This document shows positions 1 to 9,276 of a stretch of DNA of 64,000 nt, in pieces. Position 1 is the stretch's first letter. Every line of letters begins with the position of its first letter. Both the position numbers and the translations under genes were made by a program. The stretch lies in NCBI GenBank assembly GCA_965199715.1, contig OZ241322.1:512001-576000 (forward strand), given 5' to 3'. The notes under the pieces are model-generated. The model saw nothing but the letters and a program-made list of their open reading frames with translations. It did not search any database and was not told the DNA's origin. This stretch comes from Vicinamibacteria bacterium (GTDB lineage Bacteria; Acidobacteriota; Vicinamibacteria; Marinacidobacterales; Marinacidobacteraceae).

Positions 1-2
1 GC

Positions 3-701
3 GTGACCGGCGTGACGATCCATCCGCCGGGCGCCGGGTTCGAGCAGCTCCAGACTCCCCAGCCGGTGCGGGTCCAGGGCATGGCGGATCCGCTGGAGCC
101 CACCGAGGCCGGCCGCCGGGCGACCTCGGACTCGCTCGGGTTCGTCGGGAGCGGGCGCCGGATCTACCATCCCGGACTCCAGACGATCACCTTTGAGTCC
201 AGCGATCCCAACGACGACCGTCTCGTCCACGCGGTCGCGATCCGCCGGGTGGGCGAGGTCGCTTGGACTCCCCTCGCCGACCGGCTGCGCGAACGGGTCT
301 TCGCGTGGGACACCTCCGGCCTTCCGGACGGGAGATTCGAGCTCCGGGTGACCGCGGACGACAGCCGCGACAACCCGCTCGGCGACGCGCTCGCCGGCGA
401 ACGGGTGAGCCGCCCGTTCATGGTGGACAACACGCCGCCGGTCGTCTCGGATCTCGCCGTCGCCGCCGACGGGAGCCTCCGCTTCGCCGCTTCCGACGGG
501 GCGAGCCCGATCCGCCGGGCCACGGCCGCGGTCGCGGGGGGCCCGCCGCAGGTGATCCGTCCCGCCGACGGCATCAGCGACTCCCTGAGCGAACGCTACG
601 AAGCGCGGCTGGACGGATTCGCGGCCGGCTCCGCGGTGGTGGTCCGCGTGGAGGACGACCTCGGCAACTGGGTGACCGCGGAGGCGAGGGCCGAACCCTG
701 A
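3..701 (+). CDS. C-terminal part of a large secreted beta-propeller / Ig-FnIII-like protein (5' truncated by window edge)
   Basis: Motifs DPNDDRL, WDTSGLPDGRFELRVTADD, VDNTPP, DGISDS..E.Y and EDDLGN resemble the C-terminus of a conserved Acidobacteria/Planctomycetes protein family. Confidence 0.6.
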   Translation: MTGVTIHPPGAGFEQLQTPQPVRVQGMADPLEPTEAGRRATSDSLGFVGSGRRIYHPGLQTITFESSDPNDDRLVHAVAIRRVGEVAWTPLADRLRERVFAWDTSGLPDGRFELRVTADDSRDNPLGDALAGERVSRPFMVDNTPPVVSDLAVAADGSLRFAASDGASPIRRATAAVAGGPPQVIRPADGISDSLSERYEARLDGFAAGSAVVVRVEDDLGNWVTAEARAEP

Positions 702-1366
702 CCCCGGGATCGTCCCGGATCACGGTCTTCACCCGCTCCCCCCGCCCCGGCGAAACCAAGACCCGCCTGATCCCGGCGCTGGGCGCGGACCAGGCGGCGG
801 CGCTCCAGCATGCGATGGCGCTGGACCTGCTCGACGATCTCGGCCGCCGCGCTGCGGCGCGCGAGCGGGAGTTGCGGATCGCGGGCGCCCCGTTCCCGGT
901 TCCCGGCGGGTGGTCCGTCCGCCCGCAGGGACCGGGAGATCTCGGGGCGCGCCTCGCACGGGTCGCGGAGGACGCGCGGCGGGAGGGGGCAGCGAGCCTC
1001 GTCGTCCTCGGGGCCGACGCTCCGCTCCTGCCGGACGGCCTCCTCGGGGCCGCCTTCGAGGCGCTCGAGGCGGACGACCTTGCGCTCGCGCCCGCCGAGG
1101 ACGGGGGCTACATCCTGATCGGCTTCGCCTGCGGCCGCCTCGAGCAGGACCGGATCCGCCGGCTGCTGTCGGGGATTCCGTGGGGGACCGACCGCGCCCT
1201 CGAGGAGACGCTGAAGGCGGCGCGCGGCCTGCGGCGGACGCTGCTGCCCGGGTTCTGGGACGTGGACCGCCCCGAGGACCTCGCACGGCTCCGGCGGCTC
1301 GCCGTCCGAAATCCGGAACGGCTGGCGCGGGTCGCTCAGGCCATGAGCTGGAGCACGACCGCCTGA
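698..1366 (+). CDS. TIGR04282 / DUF2064 glycosyltransferase-like protein (rSAM/selenodomain- or arsenosugar-associated transferase 1)
   Basis: FTRSPRPGETKTRL, QGPGDLGARL, LGADAP, PAEDGGYILIG, WDVDRPEDL; probable CTG start overlapping the upstream TGA (CTGA 698-701). Confidence 0.85.
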   Translation: MTPGSSRITVFTRSPRPGETKTRLIPALGADQAAALQHAMALDLLDDLGRRAAARERELRIAGAPFPVPGGWSVRPQGPGDLGARLARVAEDARREGAASLVVLGADAPLLPDGLLGAAFEALEADDLALAPAEDGGYILIGFACGRLEQDRIRRLLSGIPWGTDRALEETLKAARGLRRTLLPGFWDVDRPEDLARLRRLAVRNPERLARVAQAMSWSTTA

Positions 1367-1734
1367 CCGATGAGCGCGAACGAGTTGTAGGACACGTTCA
1401 TCGCGGCGAGCGCCCCCTTCCGGCCCTCGTAGGCGAACGACTGGTAGCCGATCGGGAGGAGGAATCCGACGGTCGCGGCGAGCGCGAGATGCACGCCGGC
1501 CAACGCTCCGTCCGCGCCGGCGAGAAGCTGCTGCAGGATGAACGCGGTGAGCAGCGCGAGCAGGAACGAGACGCCGTGGGTCTTCAGCGGGTTGAAGTCC
1601 CTGCGGATCTCCTCCTCGGTCTTCTCCACGAGCTCGAGCCACTTCTTCCCGAAGAGCGGCCCGTACCAGAGCATCCCGACGACCATCGGAACGAAGCCGG
1701 CGACGAGCACCGGCAGAAACTGAACTTCGTGCAT
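1336..1734 (-). CDS. DUF1761 family membrane protein
   Basis: GMLWYGPLFGKKW motif; about 4 hydrophobic segments; GGAGG RBS upstream. Confidence 0.8.
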   Translation of the reverse strand: MHEVQFLPVLVAGFVPMVVGMLWYGPLFGKKWLELVEKTEEEIRRDFNPLKTHGVSFLLALLTAFILQQLLAGADGALAGVHLALAATVGFLLPIGYQSFAYEGRKGALAAMNVSYNSFALIGQAVVLQLMA

Positions 1735-1746
1735 GGGGACCTCCCG

Positions 1747-3018
1747 TCAGTCGCGATCGGGCGCGCCGCCCACGTCCACGCCCGCCTTCTCCAGCTCCCA
1801 CAGGATGGCGTCGGCGAACTCGTTCAGGCTGGACAGCTTGCGCCCGTTGATGAAGATGCTCGGCGTGCTGGTGATGCGCAGGCGCATCGCCTCGCCGATA
1901 TCCCGCTGGAGCGCGGACTCGGTCTCGGCCGCGCCGAGACACGCGGCGAAGGCGGCGCCGTCGAGGCCCGCGCCCTCGGCGATCTCGGTCACGTCTTCCT
2001 CCGAGGGATTGAAGGGGGGAGTCGCGTACACGGCGTCGTGGTACGCCCAGAAGCCGCCGAGCGCCTCGGCGCAGATCGCCCCCCGCGCCACGTTGCAGGC
2101 GCCCGGATGCACCGGCGCCGGAATCTGGGGCACGCAGGTGTCCAGCGGGTAGTTGCGGTAGTAGAGCGCCACGTGCGGCCCGGTCGGCCCCTGCGCGTAC
2201 AGGTCGTACGCCCGCGCGAAGTTCTGGCACGAGGGACACAGGAAGTCCGAGAACGTGACGATCTTCACCGGCGCGTTCGCGGATCCCTTCACCGGCGCGC
2301 CCTCGAGCGAGACCTTCACCGGGCGCTGCTGGCGGAACGTCGGGTTCCGCCACTGCGGGGGCGCCGGGGCCAGCCCGGCGTGGGTCAGGGCGAGATCCTC
2401 CCGGGCGGGTTCCGCCGACGAGATTCCGAGGATCGAGAGATCGCCCGCCGCCGCCCGCTTGCTGAGGCCGTCGTTCACGACGAGCGTTCCGGAGATGATG
2501 AGGGCGGTGGTCAGGCCCCAGGCGCGAATCAAGAAACGTTCCACGGCAGTCTCCGATGGGTTACGAACCCTGCGGCGCGCCGGCCATACCGAGATCAGGA
2601 TCGCGGCGTTGGCGACATACGTCCACAGGCAAAGCGAACAGAGGGCCCCGATCGCGAGGGTCTGGACGCCGAGCAGGAAGGCGTCCACGACGAGGGCCAG
2701 AAGGACCAGCCGGAACGCCAGGCGTCCGACGACGCCCGAGATCGACATTCCGGCGAGCATCGAGAATCCGGCGAGCACGCCGAAGGAAAGAAAGTACGCG
2801 AGACCGGCGGCCGCGAGCGGCACGCCGCCGACGGCCGACCAGGCGCTGGCCGCGACGGTCGCGCAGCCCGCGTCCGCCGGATCGCAGAACGCGGCTCCGA
2901 GCGCGCTCTGGTCGAGCCCGTAGTGCCGGAGCAGCAGGATCCCGGAGAGAAGCGCGCCGGCGCCGGCGGCGAGAAATGCGCCCGCGAACCGGAGGGAAGC
3001 GAACCGGCTGCCGTACAT
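1747..3018 (-). CDS. Vitamin K epoxide reductase (VKOR) domain fused to a DsbA-like thioredoxin domain
   Basis: VKOR loop C..C (FCDPADAGCATVAASAWS) and CSLC; C-terminal FSDFLCPSC, RNYPLD and cis-Pro TPSIFING. Confidence 0.88.
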   Translation of the reverse strand: MYGSRFASLRFAGAFLAAGAGALLSGILLLRHYGLDQSALGAAFCDPADAGCATVAASAWSAVGGVPLAAAGLAYFLSFGVLAGFSMLAGMSISGVVGRLAFRLVLLALVVDAFLLGVQTLAIGALCSLCLWTYVANAAILISVWPARRRVRNPSETAVERFLIRAWGLTTALIISGTLVVNDGLSKRAAAGDLSILGISSAEPAREDLALTHAGLAPAPPQWRNPTFRQQRPVKVSLEGAPVKGSANAPVKIVTFSDFLCPSCQNFARAYDLYAQGPTGPHVALYYRNYPLDTCVPQIPAPVHPGACNVARGAICAEALGGFWAYHDAVYATPPFNPSEEDVTEIAEGAGLDGAAFAACLGAAETESALQRDIGEAMRLRITSTPSIFINGRKLSSLNEFADAILWELEKAGVDVGGAPDRD

Positions 3019-3030
3019 GCGCCGGAGAGT

Positions 3031-3696
3031 CTAGTGTTCGCCCCTCGCGCGCCGGTATGCCGACGCGGAATCCGGCGTCGGCACGCCTGATTTCAGATCG
3101 GGCGCGGGCTCCGGCTCGCCGTACACGGTCCGCACCGGGACGAGTCCGGCCCACCACGGGAGCGCGAGGTCCTCGTCGTCGTCCGACGGCGGGCCGGAAC
3201 GCGCCTTCGCCGTCGCCTCCGTGATCGGGACCGCCGCGACGAGCGTCGCCTTCATCTCGGCCGGATTCGGGGGCCGGGTCTCGCCGAGGCGCCCCGGGAC
3301 CAGCTTCTCCAGCAGGACGTCGAGCACCCGCGCCTTGGCCTCGGGCTCCTCGACCGGCGCGGCCCGCCCGAGGACCACCGCCGACCGGTAGTTCATCGAG
3401 TGGTGGAACGCTGACCGGGCGAACACCAGCGCGTCGAGGAGCGTCACCGTGACCGCGACCTCCGCGCCTGACGCCAGAAGCCGCATGAGCCGGCTCGCCG
3501 ACGAGCCGTGCAGCAGGACGCGGTCCCCGTCCCGGGCGTATCCCATGGGAATCACGAACGGGGAGCCCTCGTCCACGAAACCGACGTGGGCGACCAGCCC
3601 CTCGTCGAGGATCCGGTCGATGAGCGCGCGGTCGTGGCTGCCGCGTCCGGGGATGCGGCGCACCCGGCTTCTGGCGGTCGGCGCGAGGTCGCTCAC
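3031..3696 (-). CDS. Pyridoxamine 5'-phosphate oxidase-like flavin-binding protein (NimA-like)
   Basis: ILDEGLVAHVGF, PFVIP, LHGS..SR, FHHSMNYRSAVVLG, AKARSGPP. Confidence 0.85.
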   Translation of the reverse strand: MSDLAPTARSRVRRIPGRGSHDRALIDRILDEGLVAHVGFVDEGSPFVIPMGYARDGDRVLLHGSSASRLMRLLASGAEVAVTVTLLDALVFARSAFHHSMNYRSAVVLGRAAPVEEPEAKARVLDVLLEKLVPGRLGETRPPNPAEMKATLVAAVPITEATAKARSGPPSDDDEDLALPWWAGLVPVRTVYGEPEPAPDLKSGVPTPDSASAYRRARGEH

Positions 3697-3700
3697 GTCC

Positions 3701-4816
3701 TCATCCCTCCTCGGAAAGGCGCAGGCGCAGCCTGCGGGTCACGGCGCCCATCGTCACGACGCCGACGAGCTCCCCCCGCTCCACGATCGCGATCGCCCGG
3801 AGCCCCGCGGACAGCAGCGCGCAGGCGCGCACCGCCGCGTCACCGGGCCGGAGCGTCCGCCGCAGGATCTCCGGCTTCATCACGTCGGCGGCGGTCGTCC
3901 GCTCGCGTCGGTCCTCCGGACAGCGGCGCACGTCCTCGAGGCGCAGCGAACCCACGAGCCGGCTCTCGTCCACGACCGGGATTTCGGGGAACTCGGCCTC
4001 CTGGTCCTCGACCTCGCGGAGCGAGGCGCCCCGCTGCACCGCCCGGATGCGGTAGTCCAGCACGTGACGGGCCTCGAGCCCGGCGAGCGCCTCCCCGAGC
4101 CACAACTGGTGGATGACCTGACGCGACACGCGCCGGAGGTGGACGCCGAGGAAGACGAACCAGACCCCGACCACGACCTGCGGGCCGCCGGCGCCTCCCG
4201 AGAGCAGGCCGAGCGCGCCCAGCCCGATCAGGAGCAGCGCGAACGCCCGCCCGCTGGCGGCGGCGGCGCGGCTCGCGGCCGCGGGTCGGCCCCAGATCTT
4301 CCACAGCGAGGCCCGCAGCAGACGGCCGCCGTCGAGCGGCAGCGCCGGGATCAGGTTGAAGGCCAGAAGAAGGCCGTTCATGAGCGCGAGGTGCTCGGCG
4401 ACGAGCGAGGCCGCCGCCGGAAGCCCCGCGATCGACCGGAGCCACAGCAGCGCCGCGAGAAGCGCCCCGGTCGCGAGCGGGCCCGCGACCGCGATCCGGA
4501 ACTCCTCGCCGGCGTCCGCCGGTCCCTCGCCCAGCACGGTGCGGCCACCGGCGAACTCCAGACTGACCCCGGCGACCTCGCGCCCTTGTCGGACGGCCGC
4601 GACGGCGTGCGCGAGCTCGTGCGCCATCACCGAGACCGCGAACAGGCTGGCGGTCACCACGCCGAGTCCGAAGGCCGCCGCCCCGCCGAGCCCGAGGCCG
4701 CTGCGAAAGTAGATGGCTCCGAGGCAGGCCGCCAGCACGACGCCAAGAAGCAGCCACGAGGCGTGGACGTCGATCGGGACGCCGAAGGCCCGGCCGAGCC
4801 GGAACCGGCTGGTCAC
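3701..4816 (-). CDS. Site-2 protease (M50) with C-terminal CBS domains
   Basis: HELAH zinc motif, IAVAGP, FNLIPALPLDGG, CBS-like tail; GTG start at 4816 overlaps upstream TGA. Confidence 0.88.
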   Translation of the reverse strand: MTSRFRLGRAFGVPIDVHASWLLLGVVLAACLGAIYFRSGLGLGGAAAFGLGVVTASLFAVSVMAHELAHAVAAVRQGREVAGVSLEFAGGRTVLGEGPADAGEEFRIAVAGPLATGALLAALLWLRSIAGLPAAASLVAEHLALMNGLLLAFNLIPALPLDGGRLLRASLWKIWGRPAAASRAAAASGRAFALLLIGLGALGLLSGGAGGPQVVVGVWFVFLGVHLRRVSRQVIHQLWLGEALAGLEARHVLDYRIRAVQRGASLREVEDQEAEFPEIPVVDESRLVGSLRLEDVRRCPEDRRERTTAADVMKPEILRRTLRPGDAAVRACALLSAGLRAIAIVERGELVGVVTMGAVTRRLRLRLSEEG

Positions 4817-6045
4817 GGGAGCTTCTCCCGGCGCAGCAGCAGCAGCCGGTCGCCCGGCTCGAGGACGCGGTCGAGGAATCCCCGGTTGAGCGCGAGAAGG
4901 GCCTCCTCCGGCGCGTCGCTCGCGGACTCCGGCAGCCGCCCGAGGGCGTCGCGCACCGTGATGCCGCCCGGTCCCGGCGCGGCGCGGGCGACCACCCGGA
5001 GCGGCCCCGGCGCGTCCGCTCGGCCGATCCGGCGCAACGATTCGAGCGTCGCGACGAACTCGTCCTCGCAGCGCCGGAACTCCTCGCAGTCCATCCGGAG
5101 CGCGACCGCGCCGGGCGGAGCGGACACGAGGGCGACGAGCGCGCGCGCCTCCCCGTCCCGCATGACCCGGCCGCGCGCGCCGATCCAATTCCGGATCCGG
5201 ATCGCCTCGGCCATGCCGACCTCCTCCCCTTCCCCGGCGCCCGCCCGTTCGAGAAGACCGGCGAGGCGGTCGAGGAGCGCGCGCTCGGCGTGGAAGGCTT
5301 CGACCGGACTCTCCGCCGGAACGTCCGGCGGGGCCGGAGCGGCGACCCCGGGGCATTCCCCGGCGTTCTCCAGGCCGAACAGCGACGCGACTCGCGGCGA
5401 GCCGGGATCGGCCCCGAAGGCCACGCGGAACGAGCGGCCCGTATCCGAGGTCGCCCGGAGACACGGCCCCACGTGCGACCGGAAGGCGAAGCCGTCGGGC
5501 AGCCGAAGGCGGACGCCGGCGGCCGGCAGGAACACCGCGCCGTCCCGCTCGGAGCCGAGCCGCCCCGGTTCGCCGAACACGACGCCGTCGACGAGCTCGA
5601 ACCACTCCTCCGCGCCGGTCTCCTCGACATTCGCGCCGATGTCGAGCTCGAACGGTTGCGCCCGGAGCGCGCGCGTCTCCGGGTCGCGGAGGCCGGTCCC
5701 CCACGCCGCCTCGGCGCGTTCGAAGAACGCCCGCAACGCGGCCGGGCCGCCGAGCGCGACGAGCGCCCCCCGCGAGAGGTGCAGCGTCCGGTCGGCGAAG
5801 AGGCCCGCCTCGGGCGCCGGAACGTCGGTCACGACCACCCGCCACGGCTGCCCGATCGGAGCTCCCAGCGCCGCGATCCGGTCGCCGAGCGTCTCGTCGG
5901 GCCACAGCGGCGCGACGCTTTCGATTTCGGTCCGCGCCCGCAGCGCCTCGGCGACGGCCGCTGCGTCCGGCGGGGTCGGACCCCGGGTCGTCGCGCAGCC
6001 CGTCAAGGCCGCGACGAGCGCGAAACGAAAACGGATTCCAGAAAC
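4813..6045 (-). CDS. Lipoprotein related to M48 metalloprotease/LysM proteins but lacking HExxH (start codon uncertain)
   Basis: Lipobox ALVAALTGC; LHLSRGAL and VDGVVFGE segments resemble M48 family; LysM-like C-terminus LLALN...LEPGDRL. Confidence 0.55.
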   Translation of the reverse strand, partial: VSGIRFRFALVAALTGCATTRGPTPPDAAAVAEALRARTEIESVAPLWPDETLGDRIAALGAPIGQPWRVVVTDVPAPEAGLFADRTLHLSRGALVALGGPAALRAFFERAEAAWGTGLRDPETRALRAQPFELDIGANVEETGAEEWFELVDGVVFGEPGRLGSERDGAVFLPAAGVRLRLPDGFAFRSHVGPCLRATSDTGRSFRVAFGADPGSPRVASLFGLENAGECPGVAAPAPPDVPAESPVEAFHAERALLDRLAGLLERAGAGEGEEVGMAEAIRIRNWIGARGRVMRDGEARALVALVSAPPGAVALRMDCEEFRRCEDEFVATLESLRRIGRADAPGPLRVVARAAPGPGGITVRDALGRLPESASDAPEEALLALNRGFLDRVLEPGDRLLLLRREKLP

Positions 6046-6080
6046 AAGAAGGGCTCCGGCAGCAAAACTGCCCGGAGCCC
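6042..6080 (-). terminator. Rho-independent terminator after the nuo-ferredoxin operon
   Basis: Minus strand GGGCTCCGGGCAG-TTTTG-CTGCCGGAGCCC followed by TTCTTGTTT. Confidence 0.7.
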
Positions 6081-6154
6081 GGTGGTGAAACGAATCGGCG
6101 CCAGCAACGCTCACCGGCCGGAGCTTTAGGCCGCCGGCCGGGAGAATCCGCCGA

Positions 6155-6412
6155 TCAGGCGTAGAAGGCGGTGTTCGTGTCCCGGTAGTCGGCCCACTTG
6201 TCCGGCAGATCCTCGTCCGGGAAGATGGCCGTGACGGGGCACGCCGGCTCGCAGGCTCCGCAATCGATGCACGTGTCGGGATCGATGAAAAGCTGCTCGG
6301 CCTCTTCGAAACCGTCCTCGTCACTGGTCGGGTGGATGCAGTCCACCGGACACACGTCCACGCAGGCGGTGTCCTTCGTCCCGATGCAGGGCTCGGCGAT
6401 CCAAAACGACAT
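6155..6412 (-). CDS. fdxA: 7Fe-type ([3Fe-4S][4Fe-4S]) ferredoxin
   Basis: CIGTKDTACVDVCPVDCI and CIDCGACEPACP; AAGGAG RBS. Confidence 0.9.
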   Translation of the reverse strand: MSFWIAEPCIGTKDTACVDVCPVDCIHPTSDEDGFEEAEQLFIDPDTCIDCGACEPACPVTAIFPDEDLPDKWADYRDTNTAFYA

Positions 6413-6445
6413 TGAAGTCTCTCCTTCAGAAAATCGGCGTCCGGC

Positions 6446-7936
6446 CTATCCCATGGCCAAGAGTTGCTGGGAGTACTCGGTGACCCGATCCAGCGAGCCC
6501 CAGAGCACAAGCCCAATGATGTTAGGAACTACCAGTGCCAAAAGCAAGGCGGCGTCGAGCCGACTGAGCCCGAACGGAGCGGCTCCGGCAGCGGCCTCGT
6601 CCACGACCATGACGCGCAGGACGCGCATGTAGTAGAAGGCGGCGACGGCGGCGTTCAGCACGCCGATCACCGCCACCCACGCGAGCCCGGCGTCGATGAC
6701 CGCGGCGAAGACGTAGTACTTGGCGAGGAAGCCGGCGAAGGGCGGGATCCCCATCAGCGAGAACATCAGGACGCCCATCGCGAGCGTAAGCGTGGGCGAA
6801 CGGCGCCACAGGCCCCGGTAGGCGTCGAGCTCGAAGCTGCCCGTGTCCCTGTGGACGAGGATGACCACGAGGAACGCCCCGAGGTTCATGAACAGGTAGA
6901 TCACGAGATACGCCGCGATGGCCTGGACGCCCTCGACGTTGAACGCCGCCGCCGCCATCAGGATCGTCCCTGCGTGGGCGATCGACGAGTAGGCGAGCAG
7001 GCGCTTCAGGTTCGTCTGCCGCAGCGCCGCGACGTTCCCGAGCGTCATGGTCAGGACCGAGACTCCGATCAGAAGTCCCGCGGCGTTCACTCCGCCGACC
7101 GAAAGGAACGTCCCGTCGCCGCCCGGCGTGGCCAGCGCCGAATGGAACAGCCGGATCAGGACCGCGAACCCCGCCGCCTTGGGACCGACCGAAAGGAAGG
7201 CGGTCACCGGCGTCGGCGCTCCGGTGTACACGTCCGGACACCAGAAGTGGAACGGCGCGGCGGCGATCTTGAAGCCGACCCCCGCCATGACCAGCACCAG
7301 CACGAGGAGGATGGCCTCCGCGTTCGCGCCCTCTGCCAGCGCCGCCTGCACGCCGTACACGTCGAGCGTGCCGGTCAGCCCGTAGAGCAGCGACAGCCCG
7401 AAGAGCATGACCCCGGTGGATACCGCGCCGAACAGGATGTACTTGAGCGACGCCTCGTTCGAGAGCCGGTCGCGGCTCAGGTAGCCGACCATGACGTAGG
7501 ACGCGACCGACACCGTCTCGAGCGACAGGTAGATCATCGCGAGGTTCACGGCCCCCGCCATCCACATCAGCGCCACGGTCACGGTCACGAGCAGCGCGAC
7601 CATCTCGCCCATCCGGGCGCCTTCGAGCTCCCGGTTCCGCAGCGAGAAGAGCAGCACGAAGATCGCGGTCGCGACGAACACCGGACGCAGCACCCCGAGA
7701 AGCCCGTCGTCGGCCACCATCGAGGCGAACAGCGCGCCCCCGCTTCCCTCCATCGCGCCCAGCGCGAAGAACAGCGACGCGAACAGGCCGACGAGGGTGA
7801 TCCCGACGAGCAGGTTTCGGTTGCGCTCCGCCGACAGACGCTGGGTCCACAGGTCGGCGACGATCACGACGGCGAGCGTGCCGACGAGGATCAGCTCCGG
7901 GATGAAGTGGCGGATGCTCTCGAGGGCGTTCGACAC
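6446..7936 (-). CDS. nuoN: NADH-quinone oxidoreductase subunit N
   Basis: EASLKY, FKIAAAPFHFWCPDVYTGAPTPV, KRLLAYSSIAHAG, GIPPFAGFLAK. Confidence 0.95.
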   Translation of the reverse strand: MSNALESIRHFIPELILVGTLAVVIVADLWTQRLSAERNRNLLVGITLVGLFASLFFALGAMEGSGGALFASMVADDGLLGVLRPVFVATAIFVLLFSLRNRELEGARMGEMVALLVTVTVALMWMAGAVNLAMIYLSLETVSVASYVMVGYLSRDRLSNEASLKYILFGAVSTGVMLFGLSLLYGLTGTLDVYGVQAALAEGANAEAILLVLVLVMAGVGFKIAAAPFHFWCPDVYTGAPTPVTAFLSVGPKAAGFAVLIRLFHSALATPGGDGTFLSVGGVNAAGLLIGVSVLTMTLGNVAALRQTNLKRLLAYSSIAHAGTILMAAAAFNVEGVQAIAAYLVIYLFMNLGAFLVVILVHRDTGSFELDAYRGLWRRSPTLTLAMGVLMFSLMGIPPFAGFLAKYYVFAAVIDAGLAWVAVIGVLNAAVAAFYYMRVLRVMVVDEAAAGAAPFGLSRLDAALLLALVVPNIIGLVLWGSLDRVTEYSQQLLAMG

Positions 7937-7939
7937 CGG

Positions 7940-8245
7940 CTATCCCTTCAGGTCCGCCGCCTCGTCCAGGTTCACGTTCTTCCGAATCCGGTAGAGGGAC
8001 ATCACGATGGCGAGGGCGACCGCGGCCTCGCACGCCGCGATCACGATCACGAGCAGCGCGAACACCTGCCCCCCGAGCGCCCCCTCGACGAAACGCGAGA
8101 ACGCGACCAGGTTCAGGTTCGCCGAGTTGAAGATCAACTCGATCGACATCAGCACGTTCACCGCGTTGCGCCGGGTCAGGACCCCGAACACCCCGATCGC
8201 GAACAGCGCGGCCGAGACGTAGAGGTAGTGCTCGAGCGGAATCAT
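7940..8245 (-). CDS. nuoK: NADH-quinone oxidoreductase subunit K
   Basis: RRNAVNVLMSIELIFN, IAACEAAVALA; ATG at 8245 overlaps nuoJ stop. Confidence 0.95.
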   Translation of the reverse strand: MIPLEHYLYVSAALFAIGVFGVLTRRNAVNVLMSIELIFNSANLNLVAFSRFVEGALGGQVFALLVIVIAACEAAVALAIVMSLYRIRKNVNLDEAADLKG

Positions 8246-8751
8246 GAGCCGGACCTCCGCCGCCGCACCAGCATCGCCGCGCCCATGAGCGCGATCAGCA
8301 GCAGCACCGAGGCGACCTCGAAAGGAAGCAGGAAGTCGCCCATCAGCAATTCCCCGACGCCGACGCTCGTCGGGCCCGGGTCGCCGGTGTCCATGGCGTT
8401 CCAGTCCACCGACCCGATGATGCCCACCAGCAACGCAAAGACGACGCCAGCGGCGATCGCCCCGGGCAGCACCTGGACCGTTCCGGTCCGCAGGTTCATG
8501 TCGTAGATGCGGTTCGTGAGCATGACTCCGAACAGCAGCAGGGTCAGGATGCCGCCGACGTAGATCAGGATCTGAGCGCCGGCGAGGAAGTCGGCCCCGA
8601 GATAGACGTAAAAGACGGCGACTCCCGCGAGCGCCCCGACGAGCGCGAACGCCGAGTGCACCAGATTGGTGCCGAGGACGACGTAGAGCGACGCCCCGAG
8701 CACCAGCAAGGCGATCCCGTAGAAGATCGCCTGCGCCGCCAGGGTCTCCAT
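8242..8751 (-). CDS. nuoJ: NADH-quinone oxidoreductase subunit J
   Basis: NLVHSA, QILIYVGGI, PFEVASVLLL. Confidence 0.95.
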   Translation of the reverse strand: METLAAQAIFYGIALLVLGASLYVVLGTNLVHSAFALVGALAGVAVFYVYLGADFLAGAQILIYVGGILTLLLFGVMLTNRIYDMNLRTGTVQVLPGAIAAGVVFALLVGIIGSVDWNAMDTGDPGPTSVGVGELLMGDFLLPFEVASVLLLIALMGAAMLVRRRRSGS

Positions 8752-8759
8752 CGCGCTTC

Positions 8760-9263
8760 TCAGGCCGCCGGCGGCGTGCGCGGTTCCTTCGCGAACCGGT
8801 AGAGCAGGTCGCCCTTGGTCGCACCCCCGAACTCGTAGTTGGGAGTCATGACGATGCAGTCGGTCGGGCACGGGAAGACGCAGAGCTGGCAGTAGCAGCA
8901 CAGCGACATGTCGATGTCGAACTGGACGACCGTCTGCTTGATGGCCATGCCGTCCGCCGCGAAGATCGGCGGCGCGTCCCGGGTGCGCCTCTCGTTCTCG
9001 ATGTGGATGCAGTCCACCGGGCAGGCGCGCTCGCACTGCTTGCAGCCGATGCAGTCCTCGATCTTGACGTGGAGCCGCATCCGGGAACGGTCCATGACCT
9101 CCTGCGCGGGCAGGTTCATGGGTGTCTTCCAACGCTCTTCGGGCCGCTCGTCGGCGACGTACTGCTGGGTCACCGCCCGGGTGAAGAGGTGGCGGAGGGT
9201 GATGGCCATTCCGGCGAGGATCGTCGAGACGGTCTCCCAGATGTCCAGAAAATAGCGCCGCAC
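8760..9263 (-). CDS. nuoI: NADH-quinone oxidoreductase subunit I
   Basis: [12 protein letters not shown] and [12 protein letters not shown] 2x[4Fe-4S] motifs; TQQY. Confidence 0.93.
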   Translation of the reverse strand: MRRYFLDIWETVSTILAGMAITLRHLFTRAVTQQYVADERPEERWKTPMNLPAQEVMDRSRMRLHVKIEDCIGCKQCERACPVDCIHIENERRTRDAPPIFAADGMAIKQTVVQFDIDMSLCCYCQLCVFPCPTDCIVMTPNYEFGGATKGDLLYRFAKEPRTPPAA

Positions 9264-9276
9264 GTTCAGGCCTTCC

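Noticed and set aside
6090-6135. Sigma28 promoter or riboswitch between fdx and the terminator
   Set aside because: CTAAAG and GCCGAT are spaced too far apart for sigma28, and no recognisable riboswitch consensus could be supported.
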